64,000 nt of DNA. Source: Clostridiales bacterium. Its GTDB lineage: Bacteria; Bacillota; Clostridia; Lachnospirales; JAQSXR01. The notes beneath the pieces were generated by a model, which worked only from the letters and a program-made list of their open reading frames with translations, made no database searches and was not told the DNA's origin. Position numbers and translations under genes: made by a program. The stretch spans positions 10,202 through 74,201 of the forward strand of contig JAQSXR010000006.1 of NCBI GenBank assembly GCA_029256575.1, in the 5' to 3' direction. Of the stretch, positions 1-9,937 are shown piece by piece. Position 1 is the first letter of the stretch. Each line of letters starts with the position of its first letter.

Positions 1-230
1 TCATCAATAATTTGTTTTTGTATCTCAATCGTTTCCTGCAAAGCTTCAACTTTACCATCTGATTTAATTTGTATTATATTATTTTCTTTTTTTTCATTAT
101 CAAGTTCGATTTGTAATTGTTCAATTTGCTCCATATACTTGTCTACTTCTACAACATCATCTTGTTTTTTCTCACCACATCCAGTTAATAATGTAACAAA
201 TAAACCTATTGCAACAAATTTCCTCAACAT
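1..230 (-). CDS. Putative lipoprotein, partial (3' end lies beyond the window start)
   Basis: ATG at 228-230 (minus). Translation MLRKFVAIGLFVTLLTGCGEKKQDD has a signal peptide plus LTGC lipobox. Open to the window edge. Not in the ORF track because it is truncated. Confidence 0.5.
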   Translation of the reverse strand, partial: MLRKFVAIGLFVTLLTGCGEKKQDDVVEVDKYMEQIEQLQIELDNEKKENNIIQIKSDGKVEALQETIEIQKQIID

Positions 231-242
231 CAAAATCACCCC

Positions 243-524
243 TTATAATATTATGTATGCCAATGCAATAACTACGATTATCAACGTTTCCATAACCAAT
301 GTAAGTATTGAGAAATTCTTATTCTTCTTTCCAAACCATGTGTCAATTAACGCTATTATATACGCAACTATAAAGCCTGATGCAGTAATATATACTGATT
401 TTTTCTGAACTTCTTCACCAAATTTTGCTATATATGATATATATAATGGTAAAGTTGATATCACCATTAAAACGGTGCTAATGATTCCTAAAACTGAATA
501 CTTTTCACTTTTTAGCTTACTCAC
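243..524 (-). CDS. Small hydrophobic membrane protein, unknown function
   Basis: 93-aa ORF with 2-3 predicted hydrophobic helices, directly upstream of the lipoprotein ORF. Confidence 0.4.
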   Translation of the reverse strand: MSKLKSEKYSVLGIISTVLMVISTLPLYISYIAKFGEEVQKKSVYITASGFIVAYIIALIDTWFGKKNKNFSILTLVMETLIIVVIALAYIIL

Positions 525-637
525 TCTGTGTCACACCCCTATTCAAATTTTTAAATTAATTATACCACTGAATCAGTGATTGGTTCAATGAATATATTGA
601 TAAAAAAAGACGAACTCTCTTTGAGCCGTCTATCTAA

Positions 638-1186
638 CTACTTATGTACAGGCTTAATATCATTATATCCTGACATTCTTCTCTTAATACATTTTAAATC
701 ATCCTTATTCAAGGGTACTATTTTCACTTCAATTCGTTTCTTATCAAGACCATCTTGCAAATTCATAATCAAATTATTATTCTTACGTATTTCATACGTT
801 TTAAACATTCTTAAATCGATAAATTTGGAATCATTCACTCGATTAAGAATCGTTACATAACCAAATCCTTTTGATGTAATAACAAATCTCTTATTTGTGA
901 CTAATATTACTAAAAATACAAGACCGCCCAAAGAAAACCCTAAAATAGACAACTGTACATCTTTTTGCCAATCTACTGGCATAAATGTGTACCAAAATGA
1001 GTATCCAATCTCAAGGATAAAAAACATAAGAATCGATAGCATGCTTTTATATTTGTATCTCTTCAGTTCAAATAGGTATAAAATATTTCCATAGTTTTTT
1101 AGACTTGGTTTAATTACCGATACAACTATAATAATAACCAGCGCAAAACAAACTACTGCATATAATATTTTTAAAATGTTTAACAT
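638..1186 (-). CDS. Membrane protein, unknown function (N-terminal TM helices, soluble C-terminal domain)
   Basis: ORF 638-1246. Start placed at internal ATG 1186 (MLNILK...), preceded by GGAGG 9 nt upstream. Confidence 0.45.
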   Translation of the reverse strand: MLNILKILYAVVCFALVIIIVVSVIKPSLKNYGNILYLFELKRYKYKSMLSILMFFILEIGYSFWYTFMPVDWQKDVQLSILGFSLGGLVFLVILVTNKRFVITSKGFGYVTILNRVNDSKFIDLRMFKTYEIRKNNNLIMNLQDGLDKKRIEVKIVPLNKDDLKCIKRRMSGYNDIKPVHK

Positions 1187-1289
1187 TGATGTCTTCCTCC
1201 GAATGCCCCTATTAAACATAATATATTTTTTATGCAGCCTTGTCAATCATTTTATACCTAACATTTGTCTCATAAATTATTATAATAAT

Positions 1290-1964
1290 TTACTTTGCAC
1301 CATATAACTCATAGTAAGAATCAATAGCATTCTTCAATGTTTTATCAATAATAACATTATTATTTATCACCTTGTCAAATAAATGTTCTACAACTTCTGC
1401 CATTGTTACTATCGCTGTTGTCTTTATACCATAAATTTCTTCAATTTCAGTGAGAGCAGCTTTTTCGCCTTGTCCTCTTTCCATTCTATCAACTGATACT
1501 ACTAATCCAATTACATCAACATTTCCTTGAGCTTTAAGAATAGGTAATGTTTCTTGAATTGAAGTTCCTGCTGTTGTAACATCTTCTATAATCACTATTT
1601 TATCAAAATCCTTTATCGGACTACCAAGCAGAATGCCTACATCTCCGTGGTCTTTTACTTCTTTTCTATTTGAACAATATTTTATATCCTTATTGTAAAA
1701 TTCACTTATTGCCATCGAAGTTGCTACTGTTAACGGAATCCCTTTGTAAGCTGGACCAAATAACACGTCAAAATCAAAACCATACTTTGCTTCAATTGCT
1801 TTTGCGTAGTATTCACCTAATCTCCTAAGTTGAGCTCCCGTTCTATAAAAACCTGTATTTACAAAGAATGGTGTTTTTCTACCACTTTTCGTTGTAAAAT
1901 CTCCAAATTTAAGTACGCCACATTCAACCATAAATTCAATAAACTCTTTTTTGTATTGTTCCAT
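1290..1964 (-). CDS. pyrE: Orotate phosphoribosyltransferase
   Basis: 224 aa. PRPP-binding loop IIEDVTTAGTS. Last gene of the pyr cluster. Confidence 0.95.
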   Translation of the reverse strand: MEQYKKEFIEFMVECGVLKFGDFTTKSGRKTPFFVNTGFYRTGAQLRRLGEYYAKAIEAKYGFDFDVLFGPAYKGIPLTVATSMAISEFYNKDIKYCSNRKEVKDHGDVGILLGSPIKDFDKIVIIEDVTTAGTSIQETLPILKAQGNVDVIGLVVSVDRMERGQGEKAALTEIEEIYGIKTTAIVTMAEVVEHLFDKVINNNVIIDKTLKNAIDSYYELYGAK

Positions 1965-1979
1965 GATATTCTCCTTTTT

Positions 1980-2879
1980 CTACATGCATCCTATTATTTC
2001 ATTTATATCTTTGATGCCATATTTATTCATAAATTCTTCTATCCCATTTAGTACATCTATCGTGGCAGTTGGATTCGCAAAATTTGCTGTTCCGACCGAT
2101 ATTGCGGTTGCCCCTGCCATTAAGAATTCGATTGCATCTTCACCAGTCATAATACCACCAAGTCCTATAATTGGTAGCTTTACTGCTTTCGCTACTTGAT
2201 ATACCATTCTAACTGCAATTGGCTTTATAGCAGGGCCAGAAATCCCCCCAACTTTATTCGCAACTCCAAATTGTCTTTTATGAATATCTATCTTCATTCC
2301 AAGAAGGGTGTTAATAAGTGATATTGCATCTGCACCACCAGCTTCAGCAGCCTTCGCCATTTCTGCAATATCAGTAACATTTGGACTCAACTTCATTATG
2401 ATTGGTTGTTTTGCATATTTCTTAACTTCTTTCGTAACCTTTTCTATCATTGCGGCATCCGTCCCAAAGGCTAATCCGCCTTCCTTTACATTTGGGCAGG
2501 AAATATTAATTTCCAACATATGCACTGGTTGGTCAGCTAACCTTCTTACAACATCGCAGTAGTCTTCAATGGTTTTACCGCAGACATTTACGATTACCTT
2601 CGTTTCAAATCCTTGTAAAAAAGAAAGATCATTTTGAATAAACTTTTCAATACCAGGATTTTGAAGTCCTACTGCATTCATCATGCCCCCATAGGTCTCA
2701 GCCACTCTTGGCGTTTCATTCCCTACCCAAGGGATATTTGATACTCCCTTAGTAATAATACCACCCAATTGATTCAAATCAACAAACTCATTATATTCTT
2801 TTCCTGACCCAAAGGTTCCTGAAGCAGTTGTTACGGGGTTTTTCAGTTCAACATTTGCTATCTTCACTGATAAATTCAT
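1980..2879 (-). CDS. pyrD: Dihydroorotate dehydrogenase 1B, catalytic subunit
   Basis: 299 aa. NISCPNVKEGG and GGI.TGEDA motifs typical of class 1B DHODH. Confidence 0.95.
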   Translation of the reverse strand: MNLSVKIANVELKNPVTTASGTFGSGKEYNEFVDLNQLGGIITKGVSNIPWVGNETPRVAETYGGMMNAVGLQNPGIEKFIQNDLSFLQGFETKVIVNVCGKTIEDYCDVVRRLADQPVHMLEINISCPNVKEGGLAFGTDAAMIEKVTKEVKKYAKQPIIMKLSPNVTDIAEMAKAAEAGGADAISLINTLLGMKIDIHKRQFGVANKVGGISGPAIKPIAVRMVYQVAKAVKLPIIGLGGIMTGEDAIEFLMAGATAISVGTANFANPTATIDVLNGIEEFMNKYGIKDINEIIGCM

Positions 2880-3640
2880 TATAACTCAACCTCCTCAGCC
2901 TTAAATACTGGTCCATCTTTACATACTCGTTTACGAACTATATTACCTTCGTTATCCTTTGTTTTACATACGCAACCTAAGCAAGCTCCAATTCCACAAG
3001 CCATTTTTTCCTCTACTGAAAGTTGTGCATCTACCTTATTCGCGATTGCATAATCTTTCACTGCTTTTAGCATCGGTTTTGGTCCGCAAGCATATATATC
3101 ATCCATCTTAATTGACAGAGTTCTTAATATATCTACAACATTTCCTTTTGTTCCAGCTGAACCATCCTCAGTAGCAATATATACTTTACCATATTTTGAT
3201 AACTCTTCTACCAAAAATGTTTCTGATCGATATCCTAAAATAATATGTTTATCTCCTTGAAGTTGCTTTGCTAATTCTAACATTGGAGGAATTCCGATCC
3301 CACCGGCGATTAATACTGAAGTTCTATTGTTTAATGTAAATCCGTTTCCAAGAGGCCCGAGTATTGTAATTTTATCATCTTTATTGAAATGTGAAATTTC
3401 ATTCGTTCCTCCTCCTACAACTCGATAGACGATTCTAATTCTTCCTTGTACTTCGTCTATTTCGCAAATGCTGATTGGTCTTGGGAGTAATCTTGAATCC
3501 TGATTACAATACACTCCAATAAATTGCCCTGGTTGAGCTGAGTTTGCGATTTCTTCTTCCGAAAGCCACAGATCAAATATACCACTTGAAATTTCTACTT
3601 GGCTATATACCGTTGCCACTTTTTTTTGCATTTTATTCAT
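2879..3640 (-). CDS. pyrK: Dihydroorotate dehydrogenase 1B, electron-transfer subunit
   Basis: 253 aa. FAD/NAD-binding fold plus a C-terminal CGIGACLGCVC 2Fe-2S cysteine cluster. 1-nt overlap with pyrD. Confidence 0.9.
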   Translation of the reverse strand: MNKMQKKVATVYSQVEISSGIFDLWLSEEEIANSAQPGQFIGVYCNQDSRLLPRPISICEIDEVQGRIRIVYRVVGGGTNEISHFNKDDKITILGPLGNGFTLNNRTSVLIAGGIGIPPMLELAKQLQGDKHIILGYRSETFLVEELSKYGKVYIATEDGSAGTKGNVVDILRTLSIKMDDIYACGPKPMLKAVKDYAIANKVDAQLSVEEKMACGIGACLGCVCKTKDNEGNIVRKRVCKDGPVFKAEEVEL

Positions 3641-3683
3641 GATGTAGCCCTTCGCTTCCTATTATTTTAGATGTCAAATAATT

Positions 3684-4610
3684 TTATCTCGCAGAAATTG
3701 CTTTGTTTAGTTCTAATTTCATATCAAGAACTGCTTGTCTTGAAGCCTCTGCATATCCTGCTTCTCCAAAACTACTATATTTCTCCATTTTATAAGCTGC
3801 AATAATTCCTCGTGATGAATTTACAATTGCTCCTTGTCCATCTTTGCTGAAATAGTTAACGAGGTCTTCTGCTTTACCCCCTTGTGCTCCGTAACCTGGA
3901 ACTAAGAAGAATGTCTTTGGCATTAGTTCTCTCATTACCTTACCTACTTCTGGATATGTTGCACCAACAACAGCTCCTACATAGCTATAATCAGATCCCA
4001 TATGCTCTTCGCCCCATTTAGCAACTTTCTCTCCAACTATTTCGTATAAATACTTTTCATTTACCTTAAGGTCTTGAAAATCTCCACTACTTTTATTAGA
4101 AGTTTTTACAAGAATAAATATTCCTTTATTCTCTTTCTTACAAACATCTATAAATGGGCTAATGCTATCATATCCCATGTAAGGATTTACAGTTGCAAAA
4201 TCCTCGTCGAATCCATAATAGAACTTCTCACCAACTTGAGTTTTACCAAGATGTCCAATGGCGTATGCTTCTTGAGTCGAAGCAATATCTCCTCTTTTTA
4301 CATCTCCAATTACTACTAAATCTTTTTCTTTTGCATATTGGATTGTCTTATAATAGGCCTTTACTCCTTCCACTCCAAACTGCTCATACATAGCAATTTG
4401 AGGCTTTACAGCTGGAATTATATCATATGTACTATCAATAATTCCTTTATTGAATTGCCATATTGCATTTGCAGCACCTTCCATGGTTTCTCCAAATTCT
4501 TTATATGCTGACTTCTTAATATGTTCCGGAACATAATCAAGCATTGGATCTAAGCCGACAACTATAGGTGCCTCAGTTTTCTTAATTTTGTCTATCATTT
4601 TGTTTATCAT
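3684..4610 (-). CDS. pyrF: Orotidine 5'-phosphate decarboxylase (long, type 2 form)
   Basis: 308 aa. PIVVGLDP and GDVKRGDI motifs. Sits within the pyr operon. Confidence 0.9.
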   Translation of the reverse strand: MINKMIDKIKKTEAPIVVGLDPMLDYVPEHIKKSAYKEFGETMEGAANAIWQFNKGIIDSTYDIIPAVKPQIAMYEQFGVEGVKAYYKTIQYAKEKDLVVIGDVKRGDIASTQEAYAIGHLGKTQVGEKFYYGFDEDFATVNPYMGYDSISPFIDVCKKENKGIFILVKTSNKSSGDFQDLKVNEKYLYEIVGEKVAKWGEEHMGSDYSYVGAVVGATYPEVGKVMRELMPKTFFLVPGYGAQGGKAEDLVNYFSKDGQGAIVNSSRGIIAAYKMEKYSSFGEAGYAEASRQAVLDMKLELNKAISAR

Positions 4611-4687
4611 GGTTAGTCCTCCGTATATTTTAATGTATATTTTAATTATTTTATAATTTAAATTATAATTTAATTTGTGTTTAATCG

Positions 4688-5971
4688 TTATTCATTTGCT
4701 ACATCATACACTACTATGCCGCTTACGAATGTATAATTTACTCTGCCCTTAATTGATCTTCCTTTAAAAGGTGTGTTTTTAGACTTCGATGCGAATTTCT
4801 CAGGTTCTACAGTACCTACAAAATTAGGATCTATTATTACGACATCCGCAATGCTGCCTTCACTTAGAGTACCTTTATTAATACCTAAAATCTTTGCAGG
4901 ATTAAAGCTCATTTTTGTCGCCATTTGCATAGGCGTGATTATTCCTTTATCAACTAGTTCCGTTATTGTAAGCGCGACTGCCGTTTCCAACCCTACTATA
5001 CCAAAAGGGGCTTCATCCATTGTCGTGTTTTTTTCATATTCATGATGAGGCGCATGATCTGTTGCAATTACATCTATAATATCGCTTTTCAATGCCTCTA
5101 ATATCGCATCTACATCGTTTCTATTTCGAAGTGGAGGATTCATCTTATAGTTCGTGTCATAACCTGTAATATCATCTACCGTGAGTGCAAAGTGGTGTGG
5201 GCATACTTCTGCAGTTACTAATACTCCTCTTTGCTTAGCCTCCTTTAGAAATCTCACAGCACCTTCTGTACTTAAATGGCACAAATGCAATCTCGCTCCT
5301 GTGCTTTCTGCTAAGATGATATCTCTAATCGTGATAATATCTTCAACATCATTTGATATTCCAGATAAGCCAAGTTCTAGGGCTTTAGAACCAGCGTTAA
5401 TTACTCCTTTTCCAGCTAGGCTCTTTTCTTCGCAGTGAGCAAGTATTGGTAAGTTATAGTTTTTCGAATATATCATAGCTTTCTTATATAAGTTAGCATT
5501 CATTACACTTTTACCATCTTCACTTAAAGCGACGATTCCAGCAGCTGCCATATTTCCAATATTGGACATTTCTTCTCCTAATTGTCCTTTTGTAATTGCA
5601 CCAACTGGCAAGATATTTACTATGGCTTCCCTCTCCGCCTTAACTTTTATATACTCTACCATAAATTCATTATCAATAGGAGGATTGGTATTTGGCATAG
5701 GACAGATGGAAGTAAATCCTCCACGTGCTGCACTCTTCGATCCTGTTTCAATTGTTTCTTTATGCTCAAACCCTGGTTCTCTTAAATGAACATGCATATC
5801 AATTAAACCTGGCATTACCCAAAGATTGTCTGCATTTATTATTTTATCTGCATCTGTATCAATTTTTTCTGATACCTCAATAATTTTATTATCTTCAATT
5901 AGTAAGTCATACTTACCATCTCGATTCGTTGCAGGATCGATTACTCTTCCATTTCTAATTAATATTCTCAT
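4688..5971 (-). CDS. pyrC: Dihydroorotase
   Basis: 427 aa. DMHVHLREPG metal-binding motif and ATDHAPH motif. Confidence 0.95.
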   Translation of the reverse strand: MRILIRNGRVIDPATNRDGKYDLLIEDNKIIEVSEKIDTDADKIINADNLWVMPGLIDMHVHLREPGFEHKETIETGSKSAARGGFTSICPMPNTNPPIDNEFMVEYIKVKAEREAIVNILPVGAITKGQLGEEMSNIGNMAAAGIVALSEDGKSVMNANLYKKAMIYSKNYNLPILAHCEEKSLAGKGVINAGSKALELGLSGISNDVEDIITIRDIILAESTGARLHLCHLSTEGAVRFLKEAKQRGVLVTAEVCPHHFALTVDDITGYDTNYKMNPPLRNRNDVDAILEALKSDIIDVIATDHAPHHEYEKNTTMDEAPFGIVGLETAVALTITELVDKGIITPMQMATKMSFNPAKILGINKGTLSEGSIADVVIIDPNFVGTVEPEKFASKSKNTPFKGRSIKGRVNYTFVSGIVVYDVANE

Positions 5972-5980
5972 AGTGTTGAC

Positions 5981-6910
5981 CTACTTTCTATTGTTTCTAT
6001 ACTCCATTATCATATATAAAACTGCCATTCTTACGGCAACTCCATTCGTTACTTGTTCACTTATTACAGAATATGGCGCAGTGAATAAGCTTCTATCAAG
6101 CTCAACTCCCCAATTAACAGGGGCAGGATGCATTAGAATCGCATCTTTTTTAGCATAGTCAAATATTGCACCATCAATTCCATAGGTTTTGTTATATTCT
6201 CTTAAATCTGGGAATGCCCCTGAGTTCTGTCTTTCCATTTGTATCCTAAGACCCATAACAACGTCTGCATCTTTAACTGACTCTTTTAAATCGTAGCAGA
6301 CTTTTGCCCCCATTTGAGTGATTGCTTTCGGTACTAATGTAGTTGGTCCAGTAAATGTGACTTTTGCTCCCATTTTATTCAATAAATACAAGTTACTTTT
6401 TGCAACCCTACTATGTAAGATATCCCCTGCAATTGTTACTTTTAGGCCTTCAAAACTACCTTTTTTATCTAATATTGTCATAGCATCAAGCAGTGCTTGT
6501 GTTGGATGTTCATTGGTTCCGTCTCCAGCGCTAATAATTGATGCTTTACAATTCCTGGCAGCAAATTCTTGCGAACCCGACTCAGAGTGTCTCATAACTA
6601 TAATATCGGTGCCCATTGAATCTATTGTTTGAAGCGTATCCATAAGGCTCTCACCCTTTTGAACGCTACTTGTTCCAATCGCCAGATCCGTAACTCTAAG
6701 CCCAATATTTTGACCTGCCATATAGAAAGAATGTTTTGTTCTGGTACTGTTTTCAAAAAACAAAGTAGTCATATTCCCTCTAGTTTGCTTTATCTCACGT
6801 GCTTTATCATTAATCATTTGTTGTTTCATTTCAAACGATAAGTCTAAAATATGTTTTATATCTTCTTTTGTTAAATTCTTTATACCTATAAAATCTTTAT
6901 AATTCCACAT
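5981..6910 (-). CDS. pyrB: Aspartate carbamoyltransferase catalytic subunit
   Basis: 309 aa. STRTKHSF, HPTQ and HPAP motifs. Confidence 0.95.
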   Translation of the reverse strand: MWNYKDFIGIKNLTKEDIKHILDLSFEMKQQMINDKAREIKQTRGNMTTLFFENSTRTKHSFYMAGQNIGLRVTDLAIGTSSVQKGESLMDTLQTIDSMGTDIIVMRHSESGSQEFAARNCKASIISAGDGTNEHPTQALLDAMTILDKKGSFEGLKVTIAGDILHSRVAKSNLYLLNKMGAKVTFTGPTTLVPKAITQMGAKVCYDLKESVKDADVVMGLRIQMERQNSGAFPDLREYNKTYGIDGAIFDYAKKDAILMHPAPVNWGVELDRSLFTAPYSVISEQVTNGVAVRMAVLYMIMEYRNNRK

Positions 6911-6925
6911 AGTATGCCCTTTCTA

Positions 6926-7192
6926 CTAGTCAGCAAGAATTTTTTCTCCCATATCATATAGCTCATGCGCTGTCAAAGTTACATATTTACTACCATTATT
7001 ATTTATATCCCAAACAACGTTACCATTTAAGACTTTACAAGTTTCTATGAAAACTTCAATGTTCTCTAATGCTCGAAACGATCCTGACGTAATTAATTCT
7101 GAGGCATCAAATGATTTAATTCTTCCATCCTCAAAGTAAACATGTAATTTATAGTTCTCCATCGGATATACTTGTGTTACTTTAATTTCCAT
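6926..7192 (-). CDS. DUF2442-like small protein
   Basis: 88 aa. The pattern V..V.....Y.L.V.F.DG resembles DUF2442. RBS AAAGGAGG upstream. 15 bp upstream of pyrB, same strand. Confidence 0.55.
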   Translation of the reverse strand: MEIKVTQVYPMENYKLHVYFEDGRIKSFDASELITSGSFRALENIEVFIETCKVLNGNVVWDINNNGSKYVTLTAHELYDMGEKILAD

Positions 7193-7242
7193 AACTAGTC
7201 CTCCTTTCTTTTATGAAATCTTGATAATACGAGTTAACTTTT

Positions 7243-7278
7243 ATTTCAGAAAAGGCACAGACAAAATGTCTGCGCCTT
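7243..7278 (-). terminator. Rho-independent terminator
   Basis: Minus strand: AAGGCGCAGACA-TTTT-GTCTGTGCCTT followed by TTTTCT. Lies directly after the small ORF 7285-7437. Confidence 0.6.
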
Positions 7279-7284
7279 ATATTG

Positions 7285-7437
7285 TTAGCAATTGTATATT
7301 AATTTATTTTCATGATTTAAAATTATATAAGAATAAAATAAAAAAGAAAAAGCAAAAATGAGACCACTTCTAAAGTAAAGAAGCATGTCCTTAAACGATT
7401 TATACATATAATTTCTTATTTTCATTATATTGTACAT
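7285..7437 (-). CDS. Unannotated 50-aa hydrophobic peptide
   Basis: ATG at 7437 with AAGGAGGAA 6 nt upstream. Translation MYNIMKIRNYMYKSFKDMLLYFRSGLIFAFSFLFYSYIILNHENKLIYNC. Followed by its own terminator. Below the 60-aa cutoff of the ORF track. Confidence 0.3.
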   Translation of the reverse strand: MYNIMKIRNYMYKSFKDMLLYFRSGLIFAFSFLFYSYIILNHENKLIYNC

Positions 7438-7554
7438 ATTCGTTCCTCCTTGTTTTTTATCTAATCAATTCTAGCATTTTTTATTTTCTTAGTCAATATT
7501 CTTATTGATACTTTTATGTATATGATTATAAGTAGGGTTAATAGTTGAATACAT

Positions 7555-8418
7555 TTATATATTTGTAATTCCTTCAATACAACTAAATTTTTCTGCTATT
7601 GTTTGCATATCTAGATTTGCAAGCTTATATAAGCTGTATTCTTCTGAAAGTTGTTTAATAAATTCAGTACCTAGATAATATCCTATATCTGAATGCCCTT
7701 CGAACTGACTCCAATCACCATAGAATGATTGTACACTTATATTCGTATCTATCCTTTTCTTATATTCTTTAAAAAGACGATTGCGATTATTACGACACCA
7801 ATTCAACCATCCACCTTTATCTTGATGATAGAAATCTGTATCCCCATAAAGCAACTGTTCACAATGCATTGCCATTCCTTCTGAATACAACTGCTATAAG
7901 GCATTTTCTTTTTGAGTTGCAATTGTTGTTGGGGTAGTCCTTACATGCTTATGCCATATATGTCCCAACTCATGATAAATCAGCGCAATCATATTTCTTT
8001 CATCATACCAATTAAGTTCAACAATTTTTTCTATACCGAGTAATACCACCATTTTCCCATCTAAACTTGTTGCCCAGCCAGCTCCATTGCATAATCCAAG
8101 ATAAAAAATAATTGAAACATCTAAATCTGTATTTAGTACATCTATAACTCTCTTAGGAAGTTCCTTTGTAACATTAATAAAAGCTTTATGTGCCTGTTCA
8201 AATTTATCTCTATTCTGTAGTAATTGCGATATAATAGGGAGTATTTCTAAATTAAAATCATAGTTACTAGCATCATCCTTTACTTTTTCCTTAAAAGTAC
8301 TTGAAATACTATCCGCATACTTATCCCATATATCTAAACTAAATGTGTTATTTGAAAATATGTCAAGAATTGCTTGATAGGTATCAATGATTCGCATATA
8401 CTCCACCTCCCCTAACAA
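7555..8418 (-). pseudogene. DUF2268-like putative Zn-dependent protease (HELGH motif) interrupted by an in-frame TAG
   Basis: ORFs 7894-8418 and 7555-7890 are in the same frame, separated only by TAG at 7894-7896 (...KENAL*QLYSEGMAMH...). HExxH motif YHELGHIWH lies in the upstream part. Confidence 0.65.
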
Positions 8419-8458
8419 TCATATTAATCCATATTTAATTAGATTAGTACGTTAAAAT

Positions 8459-8982
8459 TTAAATTTCTTTCATGTATATCAACATTCCATTTCCATATTG
8501 GTCATCTTCAGCGCCAAATTCCTCGCGCAAAAACATATATCCATTCTTCTCCAAACTTTTATGGATGCCATATTCCCTTTCATAACACGTCCATATAAAG
8601 TTTTAATCTCAAATGAATCAATAATAAAATTGGTCATTGCTCTCAACGTTTCAGTTGCAAAACCATTTCCACTATGCTTCTTACAAATACTATAGCCGAT
8701 TTCTACTTCATGAGAATTACCCTCTACTTCATTCACTCCTGTATCTCCAATAAGTTCATCAGTTTCCTTTAATTCAATAGCCAAAACATAGGGCAATTGA
8801 TTCCGATTTACACAATGCATATAAAATTGAATTGCCTTTTCCGTTTCAGATGTGTCCTTATAACTTTCATTTGGAATCCATTGCTTTATTTCCGCCTCTA
8901 AATGATTTTGATATAATCTTAGTGCATCAATTATCTCAAACCTTCAAAAGCGTAAATTTTCTGTTTCAAATAAATATTTCAT
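8459..8982 (-). pseudogene. GNAT (RimJ/RimL-like) N-acetyltransferase with an in-frame TGA and a 1-nt frameshift
   Basis: ATG at 8982. Codon 13 is TGA (8944-8946: ...ENLRF*RFEII...), in frame with ORF 8479-8820. Near 8553-8560 a T-run shift is needed to recover a typical GNAT C-terminus (LEKNGYMFLREEFGAEDDQYGNGMLIYMKEI*). Confidence 0.7.
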
Positions 8983-8989
8983 AGTTTCA

Positions 8990-9925
8990 TTATCCTTCTA
9001 ATCTCCCAAAATTTCTTAGAAACTCTACCCGTTCAATCGCTTTAATCACTTTCCACCAATGTCCACTAATTATTGATTCCTTTGGATATTTATCATTGTT
9101 CTCAAACCACGACCACGTAATAGGCCAAACATCATCATTTGGCAAAGTATCAAATAAGAAATTTAATTCTTCTTCGACAATGTCTTTATTATCATCATAA
9201 AAAATACTATCTTTTGACTTAACATATTCAGATGGACGATATCCATAGAATGGCCATTGTTTAGAATTACGTTGAATCGAATTATTTACTAATTCTTTAA
9301 GTCTTAATTCCAATTTATCATAATCATATCCTTCTATATTTATCTTCTTCATTGTCTTAATTAAAGTTATATATCCAGTAGGCCCCATATCTCCAAGATT
9401 ATCACTATATATTTTATCCACTAAACTATGTATGAGTTCAATTACCGATGAGTAGATTTTCGATTCTTTATAATATTCAATGATAAACGAACAAAATCCT
9501 AAAATAATACCTGTGCTTTCTGTTTTATTATAATCTTCATTATAATTGTAATAGTTAGCGTGAGGAAAATCTTTGTTTGATGGGATCGTAAAAGCCCATC
9601 CATCCGGATAAAATGATTCATGATCCAAACATTTTTTTATGCCTAAATAAATAGAATGTTGCATATCAAAAAATTTAATATCTTGTAAAATATTTATAGC
9701 AAATAATGTTGCATATGGTATAGAATTTGTATTCCAATTATCTGGTTCAACTGCGTTTCCAAATCCACCATCTTCATTTTGATAATAGGATAAAGCATTC
9801 ACTACATCATTCTTGCTACCGCTTTCATAATGATATTTCCATATAGAGAGTTCAAGCTCTCTTGCGTTCTTATGAATCCAATTTGAAATTTGATTTAATT
9901 TTACCTTATTCAAAATATCCCCCAT
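8990..9925 (-). CDS. Hypothetical protein; the YYQNEDGGFG motif resembles prenyltransferase / alpha-alpha toroid repeats
   Basis: 311-aa ORF, 6 bp from the neighbouring gene. Only weak motif-level similarity was recognised. Confidence 0.4.
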   Translation of the reverse strand: MGDILNKVKLNQISNWIHKNARELELSIWKYHYESGSKNDVVNALSYYQNEDGGFGNAVEPDNWNTNSIPYATLFAINILQDIKFFDMQHSIYLGIKKCLDHESFYPDGWAFTIPSNKDFPHANYYNYNEDYNKTESTGIILGFCSFIIEYYKESKIYSSVIELIHSLVDKIYSDNLGDMGPTGYITLIKTMKKINIEGYDYDKLELRLKELVNNSIQRNSKQWPFYGYRPSEYVKSKDSIFYDDNKDIVEEELNFLFDTLPNDDVWPITWSWFENNDKYPKESIISGHWWKVIKAIERVEFLRNFGRLEG

Positions 9926-9937
9926 ATCCTATTCGAA

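Noticed and set aside
7243-7278. A hairpin upstream of the pyr operon acting as a PyrR-controlled attenuator.
   Set aside because: It directly follows a separate SD-preceded 50-codon ORF and is better read as that gene's terminator. I could not recognise a PyrR binding loop (UCCAGAGAGG-like) nearby.
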